NCBI GenBank assembly: GCA_951406725.2
Contig: OX597836.1
Location: 23,560,001-23,624,000 of the forward strand
Direction: 5' to 3'
Origin: Octopus vulgaris
Taxonomy: Eukaryota
Length of the DNA: 64,000 nt
The position numbers were made by a program, and so were the translations under genes. Of the stretch, positions 1 to 14,922 are shown piece after piece. Under the pieces are notes generated by a model. That model was not told the DNA's origin, made no database searches, and saw only the letters and a program-made list of their open reading frames with translations. How positions within the stretch are numbered: the stretch's first letter is position 1; each line of letters opens with the position of its first letter.

Positions 1-130
1 TCAACTTTATCTTTCAGCCTTTCGGGGTCAATAAATTAAGAATCCCTTTTGTTCGACTGGTGTGTCATCTCATTCTGAAGCAAGTGATGATACACTTTGG
101 CATCAAAGGCGCCTGTCAACGGCTTTCATA

Positions 131-260
131 GCAGATGTAATCGGTTTGTAATTTCCAACTAAAAGACCCTTCATTTTATACTTTATGATCAAAGTTGTCT
201 TCCCTTCAGTCATCCATCTTGGAACTTCTCCTTCCATTACATAAACATTTAAGTTTATGA
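131..260 (-). mobile_element. R4/Dong-clade non-LTR retrotransposon RT fragment
   Basis: Minus frame reads VMEGEVPRWMTEGKTTLIIKYKMKGLLVGNYKPITS, resembling the R4 RT motif P.W.T.G.T.LI.K....NYRPITCL. Confidence 0.7.
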
Positions 261-1279
261 ACCACTTTTATATCATTGGTATTTTCCTAATTTGTTCTTG
301 AACGTCTTCCTTTGAAATAAAACCGTTTAAGATCTTTGTGTTCAATGTCACATTTAACCTTAAAAATGGTATGTTAAGAATATATTTAAATGTGAAGAGA
401 GTAGCAAAATGTTGTACAGAACAACAAGGTCTAACTACATTTAAAGGAAGGTCTACTGCGGTATGAACAGTTGTTGTTTCTGGTATGTGCCACAAGGGAA
501 TCCAATGATTCAATCTTCGGTGATGTGATAGTACTCGTAAAAAAAGTTCTAAAGTAAAGAATAAATTTATCAAGTAACATGTTAAAGACTCGAAGCCAGT
601 TTTGTTAGTTGAAATATTTTACTGTGTTAACATCAAATAGAACTATTTTCTATTGAAAGGTCATCTTTTGTTTAAACAACATTGTTACGTCGATATTTAA
701 ACAAATCTTTTCTTCAAACACGTTAGATTGCAGATCTGAGCTATCCTCATGAGGCAGAGCTACAGATAATATAGATCTAGGCAACCCGTTTCTTTTGTTT
801 TCGTTGTAATTGTAAGGAAAATTGAGAAATATCAGACTAGAGTTGATGAGACTAGAAAGGCTCAACTATGTGTCTGGGCGTAGGCGCACATACATACACA
901 CATTCATGCATACAAACATACATACACACACACACATACATTCATGCACACACATACATACATACACACATACATTCATGCATACACATACATACACACA
1001 CATACATACATTCTTACATATATGCATACACGCATACATACATACACACATACATGCATACACGCATACATGCATACATTCACACATACATTCATACAAA
1101 CACACACATACATTCTTACATACATACTCTCTTACATACTTGTCCACACTCTTACATACATACATACACACACATAATCAATAAATACCTACTAAATCAG
1201 TAGCCTGAGCAGAATCTGGTGCCCCCATAGGTATATCAAAAAAGTTTCTAGTATCTTTCCTGGCCCATAATTTATTATT

Positions 1280-1775
1280 ATGATTGAAGTTCTCATAAAT
1301 GCTTCAGAACTGCCTAGTAAAATGCCTGGTTTACAGTTTGACCAGGAGTTACACATTGTGTCTGGACAATTCCTTTCGCATTGATAACACAAATCACCAT
1401 CATCTTGACATTGAACTTCATTCAAGGCGCTTTTCGGGGCCGCGGTGACATCGAATGCTTTATTGCTGCTTCATTTCCGGGATGTAGCCATAGCACCAGC
1501 TTTCGTCACCAGTGATAACCTTCGACAAAAAGATTCGAATCAACTTCCAACTGTTCTTTCAGTTCACCACACGCATTCAGTCGTGACTTCTCTTTTTCTT
1601 TTCTTTCTTTCTGATCTTCCGCGAGCAAGATCAAATCTTTTCATTCGCTATTTCTCGTTTAAAATTCGTTTAAAATTCGTTGGCAGAAGCTCCAGGACAC
1701 ACCAGTCATATCAACACGTTCGTCAGTTGTTCGACGAAGACCCTCCAAGATCAGTTCGCGAATTTTCATGATATA
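1280..1775 (-). mobile_element. mariner transposase relic (same family as 56075-57353)
   Basis: Minus frames give FLSKVITGDESWCYGY.PE.KQQ, SPRPRKA and NVKMMVICVINAKGIV...PGQTVNQAFY, with stops and frameshifts. 1685-1771 is highly similar to 56850-56940. Confidence 0.9.
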
Positions 1776-2622
1776 TATTTGTGTATAAAGGGTCTTGAAG
1801 AGAAAGTGCGATCTGATCATCGACGAAATGCTTTGCTCGGATGCAGCCAGTTAGAAATATCTATTCAAAGGCTTTCGCCACCAACATCTTTCATGCCAAG
1901 TTACAATATAATAATATATAATGAAATTGTGGGATACAGTGCTCAGGTGCACTAAAACTGAAAAAAAAAGAAAGAAAGAACCTACGATACATATCACTCT
2001 AAAATTTCTCGTATAACATCTTAATCCCGAGATTATGCATAACCATTTCTTTGTCTTTTTCCGCCGTTCTTATTTTACATTAAAGAGGTTTGTACAAAAA
2101 AGATGTTGAAGATAATCTCAAAGTGCAAGAAGCAATCGTTCTCATAACACAGAAAGAAATGCATTTTGTTGGACTTGTCGTTTATTGTCTGAAATTGAAG
2201 AAACGTTAAAAGAATTATTTTCGACTAATTTTCGATATTGATGATGAACTTGTGGAAGTTTCTTGCCATTGTTTTTAAATGTCGTTTAGTAACTATCGCT
2301 GTATTAAGAACACTATCGATTAGGACTGTAAAAGGAAATAACTAAAGGCGATGATATTGTAATCTATAAATCCATGGGTGGTAAATGTATAGAATTTCTC
2401 AACAAACCTACACTAAAAGACTAGAGCTGGAAGGTAAATACATTTTTCATGAACACTGCTCCAGCATGACCAAACCCGGTTAGTTAAAACCAGTAAAAGA
2501 GTCAAATAGTCATTGTCTAAGTCTTTGGAAAAAATTAATTAAAGTGACTGGGTTTTTAAACATTTCTCAGATATTGCTTGATACTATATTTTCCAGACAC
2601 ACACACACACACACACTCACAC

Positions 2623-2721
<99 letters not shown>

Positions 2722-2919
2722 CACACTTCCTCGCCACTAATCCTCAATAAATTTCTAAAGAGGAACATCCACCGATCCCTTTGCACGATATTTGAAGAAA
2801 ACTTTCAGCTCATTTTGCTGGGTATGATGGAAAGTGTCCGCTGTCCACAGCCAGCAGACTAAGGTGACACTTGTTCACTGGTCATGCTTCAAGAACCCTG
2901 CCAAGAATTCTTGCTGTTC

Positions 2920-3145
2920 CAATCAGAATCGTTAGAACGCAATGCAAAATGCTTAACGGCATTTCTTCTGTCTTTATGTTCTGAGTTCAAATCCCACCGA
3001 GGCCGACTATGCCTTTCATCCTTTTGGAGTAAGTCGATTACTGGGAGAGGGGCAAGTCGATTACATGCACCCCAGTTGACCACAGGAGTCGATGTAATCG
3101 ACTTATCCACCACCTCTGGGCTTGCTAGCCTTGAAAGCAATTATA
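2920..3145 (+). mobile_element. SINE family B, diverged copy with internal rearrangement
   Basis: Matches the family-B body ttctgagttcaaat.cc.ccgagg.cgact.tgcctttcatcct and gtcgatgtaatcgactta. Confidence 0.7.
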
Positions 3146-3964
3146 ATCATTCTTATTTCGACCAACTTAAGCACGATGTCAACTAAAATAATTTGAACCT
3201 CCTTCCTTCAGTAAAATGATTAACTGTTTTCTTATGTCTCTGTGTATGAGAAAATACCTCATCTTATATCAACAGCTGTACTTCAAATAAGTACTTAGAC
3301 CTGTATTTAGAACTCTACGTCTTAACCCCCACCCCCACAGAAATATAAAAAGGAATACAATTATTCCAGCCTAGTTTCCTCAAGGGTCTAACTGCTACGG
3401 GTCTTCCCTGAGGAAGATAATGAAAGTTACTGAGCAATACGTAAATTTCATATTTTCTAAATGTTTGTCTATCAGGATTTGTATAAATTTCAGTTTTGGA
3501 AAAAGTTGCTATTTCTATTATGCCATTTGTTGTGTGAGTAGGCTTCCAATGCGATTTATCACATTATTTCCTTACAGAAAAGGTCTAGATTTGCCGTTCA
3601 TATTTGCACTTGTTACCGGTGTATTAGTAACAACCTTTGTAAACACTAAATGTTTGGTACATCTGGAGATATCATTGAAGAGAGGATGCAGAGCCTGGAA
3701 GTCCATTTAATTAATAGCTTTAATTTGTTGTTATAGCGAAGGAATTGTTTATACTCCTGTCTTCGAAGCCATGAAGAGATTCCAGAGAAGTCCAGTAAAA
3801 CAACAAAACCAAACCCACAGGTCGATAAAGAATGAAAACTAACGAAAATAGTATAATAAATGGCCACCCACCGAGACTGATGGACAGAATAGAACCAGGG
3901 ATTCTTCATATATCAACTTTGTAGTATATATCTTATGTGCACATATGTATGTATATATGTATGA

Positions 3965-4200
<236 letters not shown>

Positions 4201-4594
4201 GATAAAACCACTATTAGGCAAATCAAACAATGAAAAACATAACCCAATACATAGAAATAAAATTAATTAATATAATATACAAAATATATAAAATATAAAA
4301 TTCTGTTTGTCTGTATGTATGTCTGTTTGTATGTATGTATGTATGTATGTATGTATGTATGTATGTATGTATGTATATATAGTGTAATTTGCTGGATACT
4401 TATCATTGAAATATGCATATTGCGAAATCGATATTTTCTGCATGTTTATGAAATTTGTATTTGAATTATATTGATAGAAATTGTTTCAATTTAACCAATA
4501 AAATTATTATTGTTTTTTTTTATCAATAAGACAACAGGCAACCAAAATATTAGCAAACTAGCATTACTTCACAAACTAATTAATGCACCTCTAC

Positions 4595-4992
4595 CAGCGC
4601 TGGATTAACCATTAATCAAAATAAACACGTGTTTAAGGCATCAAGGGAAGTGTGTGTGTGTGTGTATGGGGGCACCAAAGAAATGGTAAATAGTGTACGG
4701 GGGCACCAAAGAAATGGTAAATGGTGTACGACACAAAAGAAATCATTTTAAATTTGCTAAAAGATGATCAGAAATATAATTTCGAAGTGTTCATAATACC
4801 TTAGTAAGAATCTGATCAAGGACTTTGCAATTAAAAAAAAACCAAACAAACAAAAACAGGAGAAAAATTTTCAAATATAAATAAAACGGAAGTAAACAAA
4901 AAATAACGTTATTTTCTATCTTACTGTTAATTTTGTTTCATGTATATGGAGGCACCAAAAGTGTTTAGGGCCTCTGTGGATCTTAATACCCC
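4595..4992. mobile_element. putative hAT-like non-autonomous DNA element with internal ~29-bp tandem repeat
   Basis: Starts CAGCGCTGGATTAA with a degenerate right end (cttaatacccct). ggggcaccaaagaaatggtaaat.gtgtacg is repeated at ~4669-4730 and ggcacc recurs near the right end. Confidence 0.4.
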
Positions 4993-5023
4993 TACATTTG
5001 GGTACATAATTTATAAATCACAT

Positions 5024-5425
5024 GAGTGGCTGTGTGGTAAGTAGCTTGCTAACCAAGCACATGGTTCCGGGTTCAGTCCCACTGCGTGGCATCTTGGGCA
5101 AGAGTCTTCTGCTATAGCCCCGGACCGACCAATGCCTTGTGAGTGGATTTGGTAGACGGAAACTGAAAGAAGCCTGTCGTATATATGTATATATATATAA
5201 GTGTGTGTGTATATGTTTGTATGTCTGTGTTTGTCCCCCCAGCATTGCTTGACAACCGATGCTGGTGTGTTTACGTTCCCGTCATTTAGCGGTTCGGCAA
5301 AAGAGACCAATAGAATAAGTACTGGGCTTACAAAGAATAAGTCCCGGGTTCGATTTGCTCGACTAAAGGCGGTGCTCCAGCATGGCCGCAGTCAAATGAC
5401 TGAAACAAGTAAAAGAGTAAAAGAG
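5024..5425 (+). mobile_element. SINE family A, full length (tRNA-like head, CORE-like segment, internal microsatellite, AAAGAGT tail)
   Basis: Head gagtggctgtgtggtaag...ggttccgggttcagtccc, then cttgggcaag..tcttct, a TA/TG linker, right arm and tail gtaaaagagtaaaagag. Closely matches 33514-33920 and 63636-64000. Confidence 0.9.
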
Positions 5426-5613
5426 CATGGTGGGTGAGAAGAAGTTGACTGTTTCTTTACTTGTCCTTGTTTCAAAAAAAGGGAAGTGAAAACCTTTCTT
5501 TAACAACACATTTAATAAACTTTATTTTTTGCGACAAAGTTCTCTTCTTTAAATATTTCATATTTCATTAGCAAAGCAGACTATCACCAACAGACTATAT
5601 GTATGTATGCATA

Positions 5614-5644
<31 letters not shown>

Positions 5645-5790
5645 ATGTATGTATGTATGTATGTATGTATGTATGTATGTATGTATGTATGTATGTATGT
5701 GTGTATGTATGTATGTATGTATGTATGTATGTATGTATGTATGTATGTATGTATGTATGTGTGTGTGCGTGTGTTTCTGCGTCTGTACGT

Positions 5791-5853
<63 letters not shown>

Positions 5854-6060
5854 TGAAACATCTGTTAGTCTCGCGAGGCAATGAATCTGTGACTGAGGAA
5901 AAAACTTATTGGCAGACCAGTGAAACACGATGGTCACCCTCACCGGCGAAAGATGCAACACATACATACATACATACATACATACATACATACATACATA
6001 CATACATACATACATACATACATACATACATACATACATAATACATACATACATACATAT

Positions 6061-6890
6061 ATGCACAAATGGGATAGAGATGCAGAAAAACCAGTGAAAT
6101 GTGACAACCGATGCAGACTTTGTGGGGTTAACATCGAAGATATCACCCACATCATAAGAAGTTGTCCGAAAATATCATCACGGTATTATCTACCGATGAG
6201 GCATGACGTTGAAGCTAACACACTCTATAAGGAAATCCGTCGGAAGGATAATCCCTAGGACAATGAAATAAGGACCCACAGTAAGGTAGAAACCATAGCC
6301 ACTCATAATGAAAAGGAGTACTGGTGGAATGTGCCAGTGAAGAACTCAATACAATGTAGGCACAACAGACCTGATATAATGATTTGTGATACAGAAGAGG
6401 AAGTGTGCAAAGTTGTGGAAATTAGCTGTCCATCGGATGTTAACATAAAACTGAAGATCAGTGAAAAAGAGAATACCTACACTGAACTATTGAGAAATCT
6501 GCAGTTACTCTATCTAGATTACAAGTTCAGGTTTATACTTATAATTATTGGAGCCCTGGGATATGTAACTGACTAAATATCAATCTTGAGGAATTAGGCA
6601 TCTCAAAATCAGAAAGGAGAAAGCTGATTCGAAGACTACAGAAACTGTAAAAATCTGTAAAACTTTCCAGAAGTTTTACATTTAAATATATATGAACATG
6701 TCTAGATATGAAACTATATGCATGAGAATACATACATAAAACAAAGCATACAAATCTGCATATATACATACATACATACATACTACAAAAATACTCTGTT
6801 AGTGATGTTGAAATTACAATAAAGGAGCCTTGGATCTAGGTTAGAAACCAACTCTTTCTCTATTGGCAAGAAATCTTGAAAGAAAACTGA

Positions 6891-6895
<5 letters not shown>
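6061..6895 (+). mobile_element. R4/Dong-clade non-LTR retrotransposon 3' portion (zinc knuckle, restriction-like endonuclease, 3' UTR)
   Basis: CRLCGVNIEDITHIIRSC (CCHC), RHD, YWWNVPV....HNRPDIMI......VVEISCP and KISEKENTY. Contains an in-frame stop and is bounded by (CATA)n on the left and (TA)n on the right. Confidence 0.9.
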
Positions 6896-6948
<53 letters not shown>

Positions 6949-6966
6949 GTATGGATAAATAGATAT

Positions 6967-7061
<95 letters not shown>

Positions 7062-7681
7062 CATGGATACATACATACGTACATACATACATACATGGAG
7101 GAATTCAATTCGTGACCGAGCGAGACCACTTCTGAAACTCAGTTATAGTGCGTGCAAACGTTTCGAGGTTCCAAGGAGTTCCTGTGAGTGAACTTGCTTT
7201 GCCCAGCACTGAACCCGCGTTTTCAGTTAAAATACCAGTTAAAATACCAGGAGCACAAAAGAGGAGGCTGAGGGGATCAGAAACGAATTGCACTTTAGGG
7301 ATTCTTTTTTATGTGTTTACCTTCTCTTTGAAGGAAGTTCCCACGAGAACTAGGGATCCTTCTCTCCCAGTGGTTTACATGTTAGTCAACTCATAACTAA
7401 GTCCCTAACATGCATATACATACGTCGTACACACACACACACACATATACGCGTGAGTCGTCTGAGAGACCATAAATTACTTATGGGGCTGGCCGGGTTG
7501 GAGCAATCTTGGGATTGGTCGGCCGAGATTGCGAGGATAATCTGGTTCTTGGCTGGAGATGGAGGGCTTCGAATGACCCGTCCTTGTCTTTTTGTGTCGT
7601 CTGTCTGGATGTTTCGTTGTCCCTTTTTGTATCGCCTGGTTGTCCGGATGTTTTGCTTTCTTGTCCCATTTTGTATTATAT

Positions 7682-7719
<38 letters not shown>

Positions 7720-7761
7720 GCGGCGTACGTACACTTTGTTCTTATATGTAAGTACACATTT

Positions 7762-7798
<37 letters not shown>

Positions 7799-7855
7799 GC
7801 GTATGTGTGTATATGCGTATGTGTGTATGTGTAATGTGTATATACATATATGCAG

Positions 7856-8007
<152 letters not shown>

Positions 8008-8120
8008 GTCTGTCTATGTAGTTGTCTACATATCTTTCTTTCTTTCTTTCTGTCTTGCTGTTTATTTATTCCGTTCACACACACGATATACACGCGCAAA
8101 CACATACACATACGCACTCC

Positions 8121-8159
<39 letters not shown>

Positions 8160-8569
8160 GGGTGGGGAGAAGGGCGGGGAGAGCGTGAGGGGGGGGGGCG
8201 TGAGAAGGAAAGGGCGAAGAATGAAGGTAAGGGAAGCTAAACTCCATTAGTTTAGCCATATCTTTGAAAATAAACAAAAAAAACAAAACATTTTCTTTCA
8301 TAATTTAAGGGAAATTAGGAACATCAATAAAAGTGGAAGATAGCCCCTGCCTTTAAAGAAATATAGAGATAAAAAAGAAAGAAACGAAAATTAGTAATGG
8401 AGCGGGGGCGGGGGCGGGGGCGGTGGGAAGCTCTTCCCTTCTGAATTGGAGCAAAATCTGTTAATTAAGCTGGTAGTCGTATTTTGTTCTTTGTTTCAAG
8501 CCGCCACTGACAGAATGTATTAATACAGTCTCTCTTATAAAAGACTATCATGAAAATATTTTTCAATTA

Positions 8570-8605
<36 letters not shown>

Positions 8606-10402
8606 CGCCAAAAGTTGTATTTCTGACAGAAATAGTTTTAGTACAAATGAAATTAATTCGATGTTACATTGCTGGGGTCTCCGTATCATGGATTGATAAC
8701 TGGAGACATGAGTTGAAACAAGATCAGATAACAAGTGTTTACTCGAAACATTCAACCATAAAATAAAGAGAATTAGGCAGAGATGGGATGAAAGCGAAAG
8801 AGAAAATAAAAGGAAAGGAAGAAAAGAAAGAAAAGCATAAAGACAAATAAATAAAAGTGAATAGAAGGGGGTTGAAGTGAAAGGGTGAAGCGGCGTTGGA
8901 AGCGATCATTTCACGAGACGAACAAGTTGGCTGTCTTTTTGAAAATATTGCCGCTCTAGTTTTAATGATGATTTAAATTGTTTTAGGGGATTGTAAACGA
9001 AGAGAAGGAATCTCGGCTCGCAAACACAGCACTTGCAAGGAAATTTAAGCTTACTAAAAGGTGTTGATCTTTGGGATAAATGGCTTGTTGTTACTCATTG
9101 AAGCACAGCAGACGATATCTTACTTATTTCGACTTCGCAAAGAAGATTTTTCACTTACGAAACTAAGAAATGTTTATTTTATTTTCCGCTCATTTCTTTT
9201 CCCTCTACTAATTTGTCACCTCAGACTTTTCTTTCTTTTTCTAACTTCTTGGTTTCCCACTATTTTCTTTATCTTTTCATCTCATATTATATTGCTTTCT
9301 TTTAAATCTACCACATTTGTAGGACCGGCTCTTAATCATATATCTTAGTTCCTCCCTAAATTCACTCTATATTATATGCATTCAGACTCACACAGGAACT
9401 TTTCAACACACCATTCAAAACTAATGTTATTAAATATTGTTTAATCTTCATTCACATTTTCATTTGTTAGAGGAGTTCGTTCATAATTCTTCTTAAAACT
9501 TTCCCCCGTGTTTCTCCCTACCCAACCCGTCCGACATCTTACTCTTCTTTTATATTGCCACTAACGATTACTCTATATTTATTTAGCCATGATATAAAAC
9601 ATATTAACAAGCTCCTTGTTGTACAATATCTAATGTCTTTCTCACTTTCTCTGTTGATATCTTTTTGCGTCTGATAAGAAAATGACAGTTTATCTTGATC
9701 GCTCTGTAGAAGTTGTATCGAGTGATAGTGTTTATCTTATTCAAAGCAGATACGATAAGTTCGCCGAAAAACTCTAACACCGAAACGTTGCTGTATTTTG
9801 AAATTAGGAAAGTAACGAAGCGGGCGGGAGAGGTTGATATAAATTTATAGCATCTATAATTCTTATTGTAAATCACTTCTCGCATCCAAGAATTGTCACA
9901 ATAGAAATACTGAAATTACATTTTTCTATTAGTACATCAAGTATATATGATCTAAATAAATAAATGATGAACGACCCATGACGGGCAGGAAACAGAGCAA
10001 ATAAACCAACCGGAAGCAAGTATATAAGTCGAGGAACACACATAATTTGGTACAAGAAGTGGAAGACCCTAAAATCATGTGTAATGCTGTGTTAAATGAC
10101 TACTCCTTAATTTAATGTACAAATAACTGAAAATTTTAGGTTGACATAGAATATATGTTGTATAAGTATATAAGATATAAGCATGCCCCAGCATGGCCAC
10201 AGCTCATGAGATGAAACTAGAATCAATCAATCAATCAATCATATACGTTGGATATAGTATATAGCATTTACAAAATAGATAAACAAATTAATTCAAAGCT
10301 TTAATTAGAAAAGAAAAAAACAGTTATTGTTCCTCAGAAGTTGACAAACTTTGTTATTTTGATCATTGGAATCAAGTCTAAAACTCTTCCAAAGTATAGA
10401 AG

Positions 10403-10797
<395 letters not shown>

Positions 10798-12877
10798 GTA
10801 TTATGAATTTGAGGTAAAATATTTTACCTTCGCTCATCTAATACAATAAATGAATTAATTGCATTGCAATTATAAGCATTTATGTATTTGCTATTTGGGT
10901 GCTTCACCAGCAGTATATCCCATAGTGGGTTACACTCATAACCCCTATCTCACTTTGTACTATATATATATATTCTGTTTCTCAACAGGTGGGATGTCGG
11001 TATTAAACATTTACATGTTGAAGGAGTTCACTATAATTCATAGTCAGCATAATTGCGATTATCAGCAATTAACGTCCTTCCTTTGATGCTTGGAAGATAT
11101 TTCATTTAAGATTAAAGAGCTTCAGCCACTGTGCCGAGGCACATCCGCAAGTGTGCCGCGAGCATTTGAAAACAGTCGGAAAATGTCAGAATATTTAGAA
11201 CACTTAAGATTTTAATGTACTGCACTAGTGAATGTGCATTTGTTTGCAGTAAAGAACTCCTCCCTGTTTTAAAACAATTTTAGTATTCGTTATTATTTTT
11301 TTTTTTTAATTTGATATAATAAAAACTTTCTGATTGTTATGGATGATTCACATCATTTTACAGAACTTATTAATGGATCGGAAATTGAAAAATCTCACTC
11401 AGAGAACCACCAGATCAATTAAGCAGGCATTTAATGAACGAACAAGACAGCCTCTACATAGTTGCTTGACTTGCTAGAAGTAATAGCTAAGTGATTCTGA
11501 AAGCACACGCTTATCATCTTTGGACACGTTAAACGATGTAGTGCTTGATAAAGAAATGGGACGAAATGATCAAGGTTAGAACATCTTTGATGATAGATCT
11601 GATTGAACATAAGGCTACTCTAGGGGCTTTACATACAACTTTAATACTAATGGCTTTTCGAGCCCTCACTACGTCCTTCTTCATAAGGTTCGAAAGTATT
11701 TCATAATATCGCCAATTTTCAAACGTTGTTCAAACTAAAAACGAAATATTACAGACTTGATCTTGTGAATTTATTCTTTCAAAGACATGAATATAATACA
11801 ATATCCCAAAAATAAAATAAAACAAAAAACAAAATAAAGCCCCCCTCCCACCCCGAACCGAAAAATCAATTCCTTATTCCTGGGATTTACAAAAAATCAA
11901 ACAAAACTTTGAATCTTGCCTTATTTAGTGTTTCGCGGTGAAATATATTGAAAACTTTCGTCCATCTGGAAAGTACTTTATTGATTTTGATGTGGAATTT
12001 GGCACAACCACTCAGATCTGGTGCTTCCTGAGAATTAATCTTCATTTTTTGCTTAAAGTAAATAATATCCTGGAATAAATAGATATTCTCAGACCCGGTG
12101 GTATCTACTGGTGGTCGCGTAGTCAGCAAGAAATAATAACCAAAACTCCCTTGAAGCATATAGCAGTGAATAATGTCGTCCTAGTTTCTAGATTAGTGAA
12201 TCTTCCTTCAAAGTGAACGAAACGTTTGATGCTTTCAGCATGCCAAGTCTTGTCATAGTTAAAAATACTTTACAAAAGTCACAGACGACAGCTGACAATC
12301 TTTCAGCAAGATCGGGAAATAGATGTATAATCGTATGATGAGAAATTGTACTTCTGCTGCAAGCCTTGTCAAACTAACATTTACACACAAGTGAAACAAT
12401 GTACAGCCCGACGCATATATTTTGATGTCATAGCTGCGACATAGTTGTAGTAGTAGGCATTGTACAATATAGTATTGTATCAGATACTGGGAGACACTAT
12501 AGCCATTGTGAAACGTTTCAATTCTGTTAACACTGAAGACCCAACAGAAAAAAACAAAACGAAACAATTAAAGAGGAAACTTGATTAAGCAAACACTTGT
12601 GGCTACACAGTTGTTCTTGTTTATCCTCACACCAGCTCTTACTGAGATGACCTACAACCAAAAGCATTCCAAACAGGGAATATATTGGTATATATAATTT
12701 ATTCCTGATTGTAACTAGTCTGAATGTTACCGTCGGTTTCGCGCCGAATACTGCCACTAGACAATATAGTCAAGTGTCATAACCAGTAATATATTGCTTG
12801 GCTATCTAAAAATATAACTGCTCTATATCTATAGTGTGCTGTTACTTCTCTTTTTAGGACAACTAACTGATTATCTG

Positions 12878-13360
<483 letters not shown>

Positions 13361-14314
13361 AGGTATATAAATAGATATGACTACATTTTTTCTAACAGGT
13401 TCAACGACAGTATAGTGGCTCCCTTCTCAGCCATTGCAACATACAGCGCAGATATTCTGATATACTTCAAGTTCTTTTGGACAAATATCGAAGAGAAAAC
13501 TGTTAAAATAAATGGTGCCTATTCATCTGACGGCAGTTGATTGACCTCTTTGGACACAACTGGAACCGTTTGAAGACATTTTCTCTCAAATATATTTTAT
13601 GATTCGAAATACATATTCAGCTAGTTTTTAATTTTTTGATATTTCACTCTATTTCTCCATGTTATCAACATATTGATAACAATATCTTTCTCAGGAAAAA
13701 TTTCTCTCGTTTATTGTTTTTATATCTAGCTTGATTAAAACGCGCCTCGTAAGAATGATATCTTTCGTAAATCTTCGTTGTGCTTTCGTTGTAGTCCGTG
13801 CAATGAACCACAAAAATATTGAAAGATGAGTTTGGAAATTTTTATCTGTGGGCGAATGGGATTTACTTGCATATCAGGATTCCAGTATACAACGTTAAGT
13901 ATTGATCTAGAAGCCTCTAGAAAACAACACACAATAAATGGTAAAACGATATACTTAATAAGTACAAAAATCTGTAGGGAACAGCAAAGTCGGATGGAAG
14001 TCCTCGAGTATACACCTGAGGCTTCGCGCGATGAGGGCGGCAAGTTATGTTTCAGATCTTCCATATTCAAGGGATAAACGTGAAAATAATAAATAAAAGA
14101 ACACATTTTATTGTTAGTTTTAATAAATTGTAGTAAACACTTTATTTCTACATTTGTACTTTTTAAACCCTGTTAAAAAGATAGGGCGCTTGCAATATAA
14201 TTTTAAATATTGTATGCACGCCGAAATTCAACTTACACAGGAACTCGCAATCATAGGACTTTTCTTGGGGAAAATCATTGTTTTAATCAGGGGATCTGGA
14301 AGTCAATAATTAAC

Positions 14315-14398
14315 GGCAGAACCGTTTAATTTGTAAGTATTGTAGTAATTTGAAGGGCAGAACTGTTTAATTTGTAAGCGTTGCAGTAATTTGAAGGG
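14315..14398. repeat. ~41-bp tandem duplication
   Basis: ggcagaac.gtttaatttgtaag..ttg.agtaatttgaag occurs twice. Confidence 0.85.
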
Positions 14399-14438
14399 CT
14401 CATTTTGAAATTTTTTCGTTTGCCCTTATTTATAAGTT

Positions 14439-14516
<78 letters not shown>

Positions 14517-14521
<5 letters not shown>

Positions 14522-14865
14522 AGGTGAACGAATTATCCTAGTATGGATAATTCGGTTAATCGATACCTGGGTAGCAAATTCACGTCCGTAAAACAAGGTT
14601 GAAGCTACATGCCAAGGGCAGAACCCCGTGTTCGTGTGTGGAAATTTGTGTGTTTCTTTTATATTAATGTGGAAACCATGTAGGCAGTCATTAAGAAGCT
14701 TTTGTTCGTCTTGAGGCTGATAGAGGTTCCTTGTATTTCCTGATGAGAAGACGGCATAATGCAACCTTCATTCCTTCGGAATTAAGAGTATGCAGTCTTC
14801 GAAACATATGTCGAAAGTAAAGGAACTTTGTTAAAATCTTCGTTCGACTCCATTCTTTTCATTTA

Positions 14866-14869
<4 letters not shown>
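14517..14869 (+). mobile_element. ~350-bp non-coding hammerhead-bearing element (Penelope-like pLTR or retrozyme-like) embedded in (TA)n
   Basis: Unique sequence bounded by long (TA)n on both sides and containing the hammerhead at 14726-14826. Confidence 0.65.
14726..14826 (+). ncRNA. type I hammerhead ribozyme, canonical core
   Basis: Stem I TTTC(14736-39)/GAAA(14813-16), extended by GTTCCTT/AAGGAAC beyond a 3x3 internal loop. CTGATGA 14740-46; stem II GAAGAC-G-GCATA/TATGC-A-GTCTTC; GAAA 14801-04; palindromic stem III ACATATGT; GUC cleavage triplet ending at 14812. Confidence 0.9.

Positions 14870-14922
<53 letters not shown>

Noticed and set aside
5886-5960. Hammerhead- or HDV-like motif (GTGA CTGAGGA ... 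GAAA cacgatg gTCAC; ggcgaa agatg)
   Set aside because: Stem II is separated from the core by an unpaired A-run, the cleavage triplet overlaps stem I, and no HDV P1/P1.1 pairing can be built.
7476-7545. Degenerate hammerhead-like fold (CTTATGG GGCTGGCC..GGTCGGCC GAGA) in an element ending at (TA)n
   Set aside because: At least three core positions deviate; it may be a decayed PLE terminus but cannot be called a ribozyme.
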